64,000 nucleotides of DNA from a virus (Duplodnaviria > Heunggongvirae > Uroviricota > Caudoviricetes): IMG/VR virus record IMGVR_UViG_3300044535_000502; one strand, given 5' to 3'. The position numbers and the translations under genes are program-made. The notes under the pieces were generated by a model that was given only the letters and a program-made list of their open reading frames with translations, was not told where the DNA came from and did not search any database. Shown here one piece after another: positions 54,651 to 62,731 of the stretch (positions are counted from its first letter, which is position 1; every line of letters starts with the position of its first letter).

Positions 54651-54851
54651 ATCAAATTCACACAATTGGTGGTGGTACAGGTCCCACTCTTCGCCCACGT
54701 TCATCCAGTCCGCCACTTTCATAGCTTCGTCCTCGGAATCAAACCGTTTCAGGTCTTCACCTGAGCGAATACCTGGGCTAATGGTTGTCCATCGCACCAG
54801 ACGGAAGTCCATAGTCTTGTCATGGAACTCTACAGTGTATACTTTTGTCAT
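54645..54851 (-). CDS. hypothetical protein
   Basis: 68 aa. Confidence 0.4.
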   Translation of the reverse strand: MTKVYTVEFHDKTMDFRLVRWTTISPGIRSGEDLKRFDSEDEAMKVADWMNVGEEWDLYHHQLCEFDN

Positions 54852-55072
54852 ACAAACAGGTCTCCGTACATTTCTTCGTAAGCGGCATCAAAATCCTCAC
54901 GGATCCACTCAATGGTATATCCGTTCAGTGCGTAGTTATCAGCCATGGCTTGCAAGCGGCGCAGGGCCTGTTCAGCAGTCAGACCCATGCTTGCCATGAT
55001 ACTCAGATTGCTCCAGTGAGCAAAGTTATTGCTATCTTTGTGGGCACTGACTTGGACGAATTGTTTGGTCAT
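54848..55072 (-). CDS. hypothetical protein, first gene after cassette copy 7
   Basis: 74 aa. Confidence 0.4.
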   Translation of the reverse strand: MTKQFVQVSAHKDSNNFAHWSNLSIMASMGLTAEQALRRLQAMADNYALNGYTIEWIREDFDAAYEEMYGDLFV

Positions 55073-55097
55073 TTGGAATCTTTCTGTCTATGGCTCT

Positions 55098-55145
55098 ATT
55101 ATACCAGGTTATAGGTAATTGTCAAGTCAGTGAAAAGTACTCAAT
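55098..55145 (-). promoter_or_regulatory. early promoter cassette copy 7
   Basis: The plus strand reads attataccaggttataggtaattgtcaagtcagtgaaaagtactcaa. Confidence 0.65.
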
Positions 55146-55344
55146 TTCCTGCATAGATGGAAACATACTCTTCACCTTCGTCTAGGTCAAATGGACCACA
55201 ATCACCATCTACTTCATCGGTAATGAATGCTGAGGACAATGGACCACAATCACCTGAGGCGCCGTGCCGATAGAAAACTTCCTTATCGCCATGACCCTCG
55301 GTTTGGAGTTTTTGCAATTGTTCAATAAATTTATTCAGTTTCAT
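55141..55344 (-). CDS. hypothetical acidic protein
   Basis: 67 aa. A TAGGATGA ribosome-binding site is present. Confidence 0.4.
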   Translation of the reverse strand: MKLNKFIEQLQKLQTEGHGDKEVFYRHGASGDCGPLSSAFITDEVDGDCGPFDLDEGEEYVSIYAGN

Positions 55345-55350
55345 AATATC

Positions 55351-55400
55351 ATCCTACGAATTCGTCAATGGTACGGATCAAGTCAGTGGAAAGTACTCAG
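55351..55400 (-). pseudogene. degenerate cassette plus a 3' remnant of a paralog of gene 56047..56343 (encodes ...[11 protein letters not shown])
   Basis: A 27-nt identity (CGTACCATTGACGAATTCGTAGGATGA) with the 3' end of 56047..56343. The upstream AAAGTACTCAG box is retained, but the -35/-10 elements are replaced. Confidence 0.4.
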
Positions 55401-55403
55401 TAT

Positions 55404-55787
55404 TTACAAGTTCAACAATTCACGCTCTTCCGCAGTCAACAATTCATTGACCTTACGCAATGCCTCTGCCTTTACTTCGGCCAGGCGCTTACGTTCAGCA
55501 AGTTCCGCTTCATGGCGATCCAGATCATATTCCAACGATTCTAATTGTTCTTGGCTATCGGGAGAATGTGCGTAAGCCAAAGAGAAATAATCATAACGGT
55601 CGTTACGGTTAGTAAGTTGGAACTTGTTGTTGTTACTTACAGTGAGTTCAAAGTATGCTTTTGTAGCACGTGCCAGAGCAAGCATGAGGCGCTGTGGATA
55701 TTCATCCACTTGCTTTGCGAGGTATGTTTCACGCTCTTGGGCGTATCGTGCATTACGTTGTGCTACTGTTTCACGTGCCATTTCCAA
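55404..55787 (-). CDS. coiled-coil protein
   Basis: 127 aa, Glu/Arg/Leu-rich. Confidence 0.4.
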   Translation of the reverse strand: MEMARETVAQRNARYAQERETYLAKQVDEYPQRLMLALARATKAYFELTVSNNNKFQLTNRNDRYDYFSLAYAHSPDSQEQLESLEYDLDRHEAELAERKRLAEVKAEALRKVNELLTAEERELLNL

Positions 55788-55814
55788 CTCCTGTTTCTTT
55801 CTATCTAAGTCTCT

Positions 55815-55862
55815 ATTATACCAGGTTATAGGTAATTGTCAAGTCAGTCGGAAGTACTCTTT
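55815..55862 (-). promoter_or_regulatory. early promoter cassette copy 8
   Basis: The plus strand reads attataccaggttataggtaattgtcaagtcagtcggaagtactc. Confidence 0.65.
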
Positions 55863-56050
55863 TTATTGGGTGTGAATAGTTCCAACGCCTTAGCTGGATA
55901 AATCTGGACTGAACCCACCTCTGTGAAACTTTCCACAGCATAGCCTTCTGGTGTAAGTTTGGTGCTATAAGTTCCCACAATGGTGCCATGCCACTGTGAG
56001 CCAGACACTTTTCTAACGGTGTCACCTAGTTTGAATTTCATTTGGATCAT
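55844..56050 (-). CDS. small protein (DUF2158-like SH3/KOW-like?)
   Basis: [27 protein letters not shown] overlap with the upstream gene. Confidence 0.35.
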   Translation of the reverse strand: MIQMKFKLGDTVRKVSGSQWHGTIVGTYSTKLTPEGYAVESFTEVGSVQIYPAKALELFTPNKKSTSD

Positions 56051-56343
56051 CCTACGAATTCGTCAATGGTACGAATCAAGTCCTCAGCATATACGTCCAC
56101 CACTATCTTGCGGACTTTCACTGTAGGAACGCCTTTGACCTTACGGACTTGCATAAATGTGATGTTATACAGGTCAGGGCAAGGCTTGTATTGGATATAC
56201 ACCAAACCTTTGAATGGTGTCATACCAGTTGTTTTAAATTGTAAGCCATCACCCATATCAGTGAGGTCTACTGCACCCCAAGCATACATAGCCCATGGGT
56301 CTAGATATCCAATTTGATCAAGAATAGTCCGAGCGATTTTCAT
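56047..56343 (-). CDS. hypothetical protein
   Basis: 98 aa. The C-terminus ...[12 protein letters not shown] is duplicated as a remnant at 55351..55400. Confidence 0.4.
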   Translation of the reverse strand: MKIARTILDQIGYLDPWAMYAWGAVDLTDMGDGLQFKTTGMTPFKGLVYIQYKPCPDLYNITFMQVRKVKGVPTVKVRKIVVDVYAEDLIRTIDEFVG

Positions 56344-56457
56344 GATAACTCCAATGAAAGGATTAACCTAAGGTCTCAACGGAGCCACTAACAGTGCCAC
56401 CAACCAAGACCAACACAACACAAACAACGACTAAAAATTCAAACATAAAAACTCCAA

Positions 56458-56646
56458 TCAAACAAAGTCAAAAGCAAATTGATCACCAACAGGAGAGACA
56501 ATCACGCCGTAAGCGGGATTTTCCAAAATCGTTTGGATTTTAGCGGCCTCACGTGGAGTGCATGTCACGAAAAGAGTACCGCTGGTGAATTCAGCATCGG
56601 TGGTGACTTTAGCAACAAGGGAGAGGATTTTTGATTCGAAGGCCAT
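56458..56646 (-). CDS. hypothetical protein, first gene after cassette copy 9
   Basis: 62 aa. Confidence 0.4.
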   Translation of the reverse strand: MAFESKILSLVAKVTTDAEFTSGTLFVTCTPREAAKIQTILENPAYGVIVSPVGDQFAFDFV

Positions 56647-56675
56647 GATTTGTCTTTCTTACTGTCTATGGCTCT

Positions 56676-56722
56676 ATTATACCAGGTTTCCGGTAAGTGT
56701 CAACCAATACCTGACTAAACTT
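56676..56722 (-). promoter_or_regulatory. early promoter cassette copy 9 (variant upstream region)
   Basis: The plus strand reads attataccaggtttccggtaagtgtcaacc. Confidence 0.55.
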
Positions 56723-56745
56723 GGTGTAAGACTAAAGTATTACTT

Positions 56746-57351
56746 TTAGTATATCCAAAATCCTAATCGTTCTGCTGAGGGCGATTCGTACCATGAAGAA
56801 CCTGGTGGTTGCTCAATGGATTCGTTTTTCCAAACGGGTATTATAGTGTTGCATGAATGGTTGGTGAAGTCGTCATTGTACCTTGCATGGACTTCAATCG
56901 GATTACCACCAACATACTCTACATTGATCCATTCGTATTTTTCTGATAAGTGCTTTAGCGGAAGTGGTATTGGAATGTGCTTATCTATTTTAGTCCATCT
57001 GCAAAATCTATCAAGCCTATCACTGTTTCTAAACCCTTGTACACAAATGTGTTGTTGACCATAATGATAGTCTACTGAGATATGGTCACCAGTGAAAAAC
57101 TCACACCAAAAATAACCATCTGGAATTGCGTTAACATCATTGGGCGTTAGCCATTGCTTTGCTGCACCACGACTCATCATGCGGAGATTGGTTATAGGGC
57201 GAACAATGTACCAATTAGGGCTATCAACTGGAACACCTGCGGGCGCGGCTTTATATCCAAGTTTCTTGGCTAGGATTAGCTTATCATAAATCCAAAGATC
57301 GTCAGCATCTAATGTATGCCAAACATCTTTGTCATCTATCAGGAAAGTCAA
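56746..57351 (-). CDS. hypothetical protein
   Basis: 201 aa. DKLILAKKLGYKAAPAGV is weakly ATP-grasp-like. Confidence 0.3.
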   Translation of the reverse strand: MTFLIDDKDVWHTLDADDLWIYDKLILAKKLGYKAAPAGVPVDSPNWYIVRPITNLRMMSRGAAKQWLTPNDVNAIPDGYFWCEFFTGDHISVDYHYGQQHICVQGFRNSDRLDRFCRWTKIDKHIPIPLPLKHLSEKYEWINVEYVGGNPIEVHARYNDDFTNHSCNTIIPVWKNESIEQPPGSSWYESPSAERLGFWIY

Positions 57352-57526
57352 TCGGTTTACCTGAGTTGGTATAGTGGCGTTCTTTGATACCTTCTTTTTT
57401 GGCTAGTGCTATGGCTTCGTTTCGGAGCTTTACAAACTCCTCATATGCTTCCTGAGTGCCTATTCTATAACCACCATCACCTGCGTTCATATCTGCGCCA
57501 GCTTTGATATTGTCTTTATCGTTCAT
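57332..57526 (-). CDS. hypothetical protein
   Basis: 64 aa. Confidence 0.3.
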   Translation of the reverse strand: MNDKDNIKAGADMNAGDGGYRIGTQEAYEEFVKLRNEAIALAKKEGIKERHYTNSGKPIDFPDR

Positions 57527-57741
57527 ACCATCATGTCTATAATGTTTTGTTGATTGTGTTTGGTCACGACTGCATTTTTATCATACACTTCAATGGTATC
57601 ATGATAGCTTCTGGTGACTACTGAGCCATTGGGATACGTGGTTTGTTCCCAGACTGTTTTGTTTATAACGCCTTTACCCACGGCTGAGGTGGGTAATACA
57701 CCTGTGAAACTGGTGTTATAAAATGTTATGGGTTGATTCAC
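57523..57741 (-). CDS. hypothetical protein
   Basis: 72 aa. ATGA overlap. Confidence 0.35.
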   Translation of the reverse strand: MNQPITFYNTSFTGVLPTSAVGKGVINKTVWEQTTYPNGSVVTRSYHDTIEVYDKNAVVTKHNQQNIIDMMV

Positions 57742-57959
57742 TCTGGTACCTCGATAAGTTGGAATATCTTATACTCGCGCTTTTCCTTACCTCTGTTATC
57801 TGGGCGTGACTGACAGTATGCTTGGAAGTTCTTGGCTTCTTCCATTGTGCCATAAAAGACTTCGCTACCAGATGCATACAGACCTACGTGACCGCTATCG
57901 CCTTCCCAATAGAAGCCTACGCCATACATAAACTTCTTTGCTTCTTTCTTTTTAGTCAT
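57738..57959 (-). CDS. hypothetical protein
   Basis: 73 aa. ATGA overlap. Confidence 0.35.
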   Translation of the reverse strand: MTKKKEAKKFMYGVGFYWEGDSGHVGLYASGSEVFYGTMEEAKNFQAYCQSRPDNRGKEKREYKIFQLIEVPE

Positions 57960-58273
57960 TCCGGCACTCTTCCAAACAAACAGTATATTTCAAACCACTT
58001 TGTGGGTGCATTCTCTATAAAATAGGGATTCACTCTCCATGACATACCATCAGGACCCCACTGCCAGTGTCTGGTACCAAATCTAATATTGAACCAAAGG
58101 TTGCTCATATTACACACCATCAGTCAAATAGATGAACACCCTGAAACCGGCTACAATTGTTCCAAGTACAATACCCGCTGGCGGAAATACTATAATGGCA
58201 ACAGTCAAAAGTCCGATTAGGAATCCGATTGATAACTGCACAGACAACGGCAATGATTTAAATTTATTCCACA

Positions 58274-58552
58274 TTACTTAACTCCAAAATGATTTACAAT
58301 TTCACGACCAGCTTCACTAGCAGCCATATCCCATGTATGTCCGAACGTTTTTCTAACTTCAACATCAGTATCTGGAAAAGGTGTTGCTCTGGCAATTCTA
58401 GCACATTCCTGAACAATTAGCTCGGCAAACTTTTCTAATGTGATCCACTCGTCTGTACTGTCAGTTTCAACAGTTTTGATTTCATGTGTTTCAGTTAGAT
58501 CATAAAGGTAATAGCCGGCTTCTCTTGCAAGGTCTTTAATTCGTTCGTTCAT
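58274..58552 (-). CDS. member of the MNERIKEL family (copy D)
   Basis: MNERIKDLAREA...EKFAELIVQECARI...NHFGVK. Confidence 0.5.
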   Translation of the reverse strand: MNERIKDLAREAGYYLYDLTETHEIKTVETDSTDEWITLEKFAELIVQECARIARATPFPDTDVEVRKTFGHTWDMAASEAGREIVNHFGVK

Positions 58553-58994
58553 ACGTAGCCTTTCCTAACTTGGCATCTACCATACGGTGTCGCTCAATGT
58601 CTTCTATAAACTTTTCATTAGGTCGGTTGATAACATAAGCCGGTCTACCACCAAAGTACACTGCAAAGCCACCAACCAAGTCGCTTTCAATGATACAAAC
58701 ATATGCACTGGTAATAGCTTGACCACCAATCCCACCGAAGCCTAGTGCTGTGCTACTCCAGGTCTGTGGAAACATATTGTACACAGTCAAGTCATATAAT
58801 GAATGCTTGCGAGACTTCTCAACAAAACAATCGGCTGGTGCTACCGCTGTTTTCATTTCTTCTCGCGTCAGCGTAGCTCGCCACTTATCATGTTTGGCCC
58901 AGTCGCGGTCTTGATACTTGTATTCAGGAAACGCCACATATGCGGCATGAGCCATACAGCCAGCTAGGGTTTCAATAGGGTTAGTTGCGTTCAT
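58536..58994 (-). CDS. hypothetical protein
   Basis: 152 aa. Confidence 0.35.
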   Translation of the reverse strand: MNATNPIETLAGCMAHAAYVAFPEYKYQDRDWAKHDKWRATLTREEMKTAVAPADCFVEKSRKHSLYDLTVYNMFPQTWSSTALGFGGIGGQAITSAYVCIIESDLVGGFAVYFGGRPAYVINRPNEKFIEDIERHRMVDAKLGKATYERTN

Positions 58995-59233
58995 TCTTCA
59001 ATTCCGAAATGTTCTTTTATCTTTTCACTGATAAGATGTGTATATTCACACTCCTCGGTATCGGGAGTGTTCATCTGAGCAACTTCGGCACATTCCTTCA
59101 CAATCAACTCAGCAAACTTTTCATGGTCAAAGAATTCACGGTAATGTGTAATACCTGTATCAGGATTATACACATCAGTCGTCACTGTTGCTTCCAGAAT
59201 AAATTCTTGGATTCGCGTATTAGTCGTGGTCAT
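58991..59233 (-). CDS. member of the MNERIKEL family (copy E; start uncertain)
   Basis: ...IQEFILEA...EKFAELIVKECAEV...KEHFGIEE. Confidence 0.4.
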   Translation of the reverse strand: MTTTNTRIQEFILEATVTTDVYNPDTGITHYREFFDHEKFAELIVKECAEVAQMNTPDTEECEYTHLISEKIKEHFGIEE

Positions 59234-59702
59234 ATTCTTGAACATCAAAACCTTCACGGGTCGCAAACACCTTGCAGTGATCGCCGAACATGTCAAGGAA
59301 CACATCATCCGAAATCTTAGAAAGCAATTTGCGCAATGCTTCACTATTCGCAGAAACGGAATCAGGAATCAATTCTTCATTGTGATCACCATAGTCGGGA
59401 TCATTGATCCAAACAGTTTCATCATCACCTTCATATTCACCATACCGGACACTATCATAGTCCACTGCATTGGAAACAAATGCGTATGATGCATAGCAAT
59501 TGAATGTACATGCATCTCCATCATTGAAGTATGGAGTGTATTGACGCCAGCCGACAACCTTTACCTCAGGATTTGCATCAAAGAATTCTTTGAATGCAAG
59601 TTTGAAAATTTCTTGGCCGCGTTTCTGGTATGTCGCTTTCAGTTCTTCCATTTCGGCGTTCATTTGGTCGAACAATGCTTCGATTTCGTTGATTTGTTTC
59701 AT
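59220..59702 (-). CDS. hypothetical acidic protein
   Basis: 160 aa. Confidence 0.35.
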   Translation of the reverse strand: MKQINEIEALFDQMNAEMEELKATYQKRGQEIFKLAFKEFFDANPEVKVVGWRQYTPYFNDGDACTFNCYASYAFVSNAVDYDSVRYGEYEGDDETVWINDPDYGDHNEELIPDSVSANSEALRKLLSKISDDVFLDMFGDHCKVFATREGFDVQEYDHD

Positions 59703-59704
59703 GA

Positions 59705-60130
59705 TTAAACTCCAAATTTAGTTGATACGTCTTCAATAATAATTTCTTGTGGAACGAACTCGACCACAATAGATTCTGCTACACGGGTGTAGAACCCATC
59801 ACCACCATAACCAGTGTACTCGCCGATAATGTCCATTGCAATATCTAGAGGTTCATAGATGCTATCTGGCCGTGAATGTTTCAGAAAAACTCTAATAACA
59901 GCTTCCTGAAATGCTTCAAGTTCACTATCCCTAGGATTATACATGTTACCGAATACTGTTTTGTCGTTGCTGTTACTACCCACAATCAACTTCAAAAGAT
60001 CAATATGAAAATTAACTTCATCTTCATTCAAACCCTCGACAGTTTTGGTATTGTAATTGTCTGCGTCATTTTCCCAAGAGGTGACGGTAATACGATATCC
60101 AGCTTTAATTATTGACATGTTAGTCCTCAA
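59705..60130 (-). CDS. hypothetical protein
   Basis: 141 aa. Confidence 0.35.
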   Translation of the reverse strand: MRTNMSIIKAGYRITVTSWENDADNYNTKTVEGLNEDEVNFHIDLLKLIVGSNSNDKTVFGNMYNPRDSELEAFQEAVIRVFLKHSRPDSIYEPLDIAMDIIGEYTGYGGDGFYTRVAESIVVEFVPQEIIIEDVSTKFGV

Positions 60131-60476
60131 GTTTGATAAATTTACTACGGTTGGTTTTCATTGTGCCTGACATCCAAGGTTGGAGCGTCATGTTGTTTAG
60201 ATACATTTCCATGGTAGGAATGAAGCCTAGGTCTTGCTGAATGTGGTCTTCGGCAATGTCTCTTGGGCTGTACTCTTTGCCATCTGAATTAATTCTGGTT
60301 CTACCGAACATTTGTTCAACGACAAAACAGCCAAAAGCAGAGTGTAGTACGGCTCGGTGCCGCACATCTGCAACCGATGCTTTAGAGCTGTCAATGAAGT
60401 CGTCAATGTCTGCGTAGTCATCGGCGACTCCTCCATATTTTTTAGCGTGGATTTTTCCATGCAGATAGGCTTTCAT
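60120..60476 (-). CDS. hypothetical protein
   Basis: 118 aa. Confidence 0.35.
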   Translation of the reverse strand: MKAYLHGKIHAKKYGGVADDYADIDDFIDSSKASVADVRHRAVLHSAFGCFVVEQMFGRTRINSDGKEYSPRDIAEDHIQQDLGFIPTMEMYLNNMTLQPWMSGTMKTNRSKFIKLED

Positions 60477-60493
60477 TCACCACTCCGAAATGT

Positions 60494-61291
60494 TTACTTA
60501 CCCATCATCAAAGCATTGAAGTTGGATGGCACAACGATTGTCTGCACCTTGCCGTTCTTGATACCTTCTGAGATATTCAACATAGCTTGTGCTTGCATGA
60601 ATGCAATGGAACTGCCTGAGTTGTTAGCCAATGCAGCCATACGACGGCTTTCGGCCTCAGCAGTTTTCACTTCCACTTCCTTTTGCTTCAATTCGTTTTT
60701 GCTACGAACCAATGCGTTAGCGGATTCTACCACTGTATCACTTGGCAATACGTTACGGATCATGACCTGGGAGATAGTGATACTACCGTCAAGTTTTTCC
60801 TCAGCAAGGTTTCGCTGAATTTCATCCTTGATATAGTTTTCCATATCCGTGCGGTTATCAGCCATGTCCAATGCTTCATACTTTCGTGCGGCTTTGTAGA
60901 TGGCATTCCGTGCGTTTTGCACCACATAGTTATACATCACATATGTGTCACCTTTGAATTCTGCGTGGAACGATTTGTTCTTTGCGGAGTATAGTTCAGC
61001 AACGGTTTGTGGATTGATGTTGTAAACAACCACAGCGTCCAAGTCTTTCATGGTGCTGTTGTCTTTTGCAACGGGTGTCATATTCTCCAGGACTACGTTA
61101 ACGTCCTTGACTGGGAAAGTCAAAATAGTGCCAACGATAGTTTGGTTGAATGATCCAGGCAGCAACTCACCAGACTGCACCTGTTTATCAAAGCCGACAC
61201 GAACACCGACCTCACCAGTTTCAATACGAGTACATGCGGAAGTCAAAGCAACGGCTGCGGCGATAGCGCCAAGTTTCAGGTAACGATTCAT
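60494..61291 (-). CDS. SPFH/band-7 (stomatin/prohibitin-like) domain lipoprotein
   Basis: Signal peptide with the lipobox LTSAC at the MNRYLKLGAIAAAVALTSAC start. SPFH-like core GEVGVRVGF.... A GGAG ribosome-binding site is present. Confidence 0.5.
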   Translation of the reverse strand: MNRYLKLGAIAAAVALTSACTRIETGEVGVRVGFDKQVQSGELLPGSFNQTIVGTILTFPVKDVNVVLENMTPVAKDNSTMKDLDAVVVYNINPQTVAELYSAKNKSFHAEFKGDTYVMYNYVVQNARNAIYKAARKYEALDMADNRTDMENYIKDEIQRNLAEEKLDGSITISQVMIRNVLPSDTVVESANALVRSKNELKQKEVEVKTAEAESRRMAALANNSGSSIAFMQAQAMLNISEGIKNGKVQTIVVPSNFNALMMGK

Positions 61292-61292
61292 A

Positions 61293-61379
61293 TTAAAGAA
61301 CTCCAAAAGAAAAAAGAACAAAACAAACAAGGAAGCCCAGGATGAAATACAAGGGCCTTAGCAAAAGGTCACTGAACAT
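61293..61379 (-). CDS. small hydrophobic peptide (28 aa)
   Basis: MFSDLLLRPLYFILGFLVCFVLFSFGVL. A GGAG ribosome-binding site is present. Confidence 0.25.
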   Translation of the reverse strand: MFSDLLLRPLYFILGFLVCFVLFSFGVL

Positions 61380-61388
61380 GATAACTCC

Positions 61389-61565
61389 TTAAAAGAGGAC
61401 AACAATACCAACAAGAATTGCTACTGCGATAAGAGAACACATTGTAGCATAGCCAACAACTTTTGTCAACTGCCATTTTTGTTTACCAGACAAACTTCGG
61501 AACATGGTAATCAAGAATGCAATGAGGGCGCTTAGGATCGCCCAGGCCAAAATAACTCGGATCAT
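61389..61565 (-). CDS. small membrane protein (58 aa, 2 predicted transmembrane segments)
   Basis: MIRVILAWAILSALIAFLITMF...ATMCSLIAVAILVGIVVLF. Confidence 0.35.
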   Translation of the reverse strand: MIRVILAWAILSALIAFLITMFRSLSGKQKWQLTKVVGYATMCSLIAVAILVGIVVLF

Positions 61566-61647
61566 GGTTTCATCATAAAAAGGAAGTAATAAAAGAAAGG
61601 ACCAAACATCAGAGTGGCGATGATGGCGGCTTGGAAGATTTCAGTAA
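61562..61647 (-). CDS. small hydrophobic peptide (29 aa), first ORF after cassette copy 10
   Basis: MKLITEIFQAAIIATLMFGPFFYYFLFMMKP. ATGA overlap with the next ORF. Confidence 0.25.
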
Positions 61648-61654
61648 TCAGTTT

Positions 61655-61700
61655 CATAGGTTCTATTATACAGATTGGTGGAGACTTGTCAAGTGGTTTT
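61655..61700 (-). promoter_or_regulatory. early promoter cassette copy 10 (variant spacer)
   Basis: The plus strand reads attatacagattggtggagacttgtcaagtggtttt. Confidence 0.55.
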
Positions 61701-61980
61701 ACATTGACCAAAAAGATTCTGACGCAGGATTACAACACCATGGTGTGTCGCGGTCGATTTGGACATCCTCGCCAGTCATGTAACTTTTGACGGTAATTGT
61801 GGTTGGGTGACATTCAAAGCGCCACCCTTTTGTCGCGGGATACAGGTCATACAATTCGTTGCACTCGCGGCGGATCGTGGCTTCATCACGGTTAGGCCAC
61901 ACGGTAGTGGAGAACAGGCGCTCACCAGTCTTGCAACGGCGGTCGGCTTTGTAAATATACATTGTATAATTTTGCTTCAT
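61699..61980 (-). CDS. hypothetical protein
   Basis: 93 aa. Confidence 0.4.
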   Translation of the reverse strand: MKQNYTMYIYKADRRCKTGERLFSTTVWPNRDEATIRRECNELYDLYPATKGWRFECHPTTITVKSYMTGEDVQIDRDTPWCCNPASESFWSM

Positions 61981-61989
61981 AACTACTCC

Positions 61990-62157
61990 TTAGAAAAGTT
62001 TGGCACCTTCAGCCATGAACACACGATAGGCGCGCATGGTATCATAACTGTATGCTGACATACCACGCTCTTGGATATCCAGAAGTGTTTCCAAAAGACC
62101 CAAGCCCAAGTGTTCGGCTTCTTGGTTGATTTGCGCGATTGCCGTGGTGATATCCAT
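61990..62157 (-). CDS. small leader ORF (55 aa), first gene after cassette copy 11
   Basis: MDITTAIAQINQEAEHLGLGLLETLLDIQERG.... Confidence 0.4.
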   Translation of the reverse strand: MDITTAIAQINQEAEHLGLGLLETLLDIQERGMSAYSYDTMRAYRVFMAEGAKLF

Positions 62158-62187
62158 TTTGATTCCTTCGTTTCGTTCTAAGTCTCT

Positions 62188-62237
62188 ATTATACCAGGTT
62201 CTAGGTAATTGTCAAGTACAGTAAAAGTACTCACTTC
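62188..62237 (-). promoter_or_regulatory. early promoter cassette copy 11
   Basis: The plus strand reads attataccaggttctaggtaattgtcaagtacagtaaaagtactcac. Confidence 0.65.
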
Positions 62238-62392
62238 TGAACTTCGTACCACCAGCCATTCAGTCGGAATGTTTCCATGTCCGCTTCGCTGATCCAACCT
62301 TCGCACCAAATATCACCAATTTTGGTGGCTTGCATTGAAGTGCAGCGCAAGGCTTCCAGAGCTTGGAGGCGATAAAAAAGAATTCTTGTCAT
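62231..62392 (-). CDS. small ORF (53 aa)
   Basis: ATGA overlap with the upstream gene. Its stop codon lies within the TGAGTACT box of cassette 11. Confidence 0.35.
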   Translation of the reverse strand: MTRILFYRLQALEALRCTSMQATKIGDIWCEGWISEADMETFRLNGWWYEVQK

Positions 62393-62637
62393 ACTAAGTC
62401 CACCTGTACTTGGATACGCTCGGATTCCATCTTTTCATTGTAGCACGAAAAGGTGGTCGCGAGTCCGGTAATTTTTTCTTTAACCATACGCTCCAGTGCA
62501 AACTGAACCGCGATGCGCTGGTTACGATACATGATATCGTCAGTCCCCGATGCTGTAGTAAAAAATGCTACATTATTGAGGATCACACGGATACGTTGGG
62601 AGTTTTTCAAGCCACGGATCAACTGTTTGGTTCGCAT
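62389..62637 (-). CDS. hypothetical protein, first gene after cassette copy 12
   Basis: 82 aa. Confidence 0.4.
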   Translation of the reverse strand: MRTKQLIRGLKNSQRIRVILNNVAFFTTASGTDDIMYRNQRIAVQFALERMVKEKITGLATTFSCYNEKMESERIQVQVDLV

Positions 62638-62669
62638 TAGGGTCTCGCTTTCTGTCTGTCTAAGGCTCT

Positions 62670-62715
62670 ATTATACCACGCCCATGGTAATTGTCAATAG
62701 GTAAAAGATGTTGGT
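62670..62715 (-). promoter_or_regulatory. early promoter cassette copy 12 (leftmost minus-strand promoter)
   Basis: The plus strand reads attataccacgcccatggtaattgtcaataggtaaaag. Confidence 0.6.
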
Positions 62716-62731
62716 GTTGCAAAAAAACAAC

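Noticed and set aside
54556-55114. Plus-strand ORFs (54556..54999, 54845..55114, 55264..55575, 55545..55808) inside the minus-strand early region.
   Set aside because: They run antisense to tightly coupled minus-strand genes and across promoter cassettes. There are no RBS, and they are probably non-coding.
49655-62715. Whether the regularly spaced repeats could be a CRISPR array.
   Set aside because: The sequence between repeats is 0.4-5 kb of coding sequence of variable length. The repeats are not palindromic CRISPR-type and read as sigma70 promoters. There are no cas genes.
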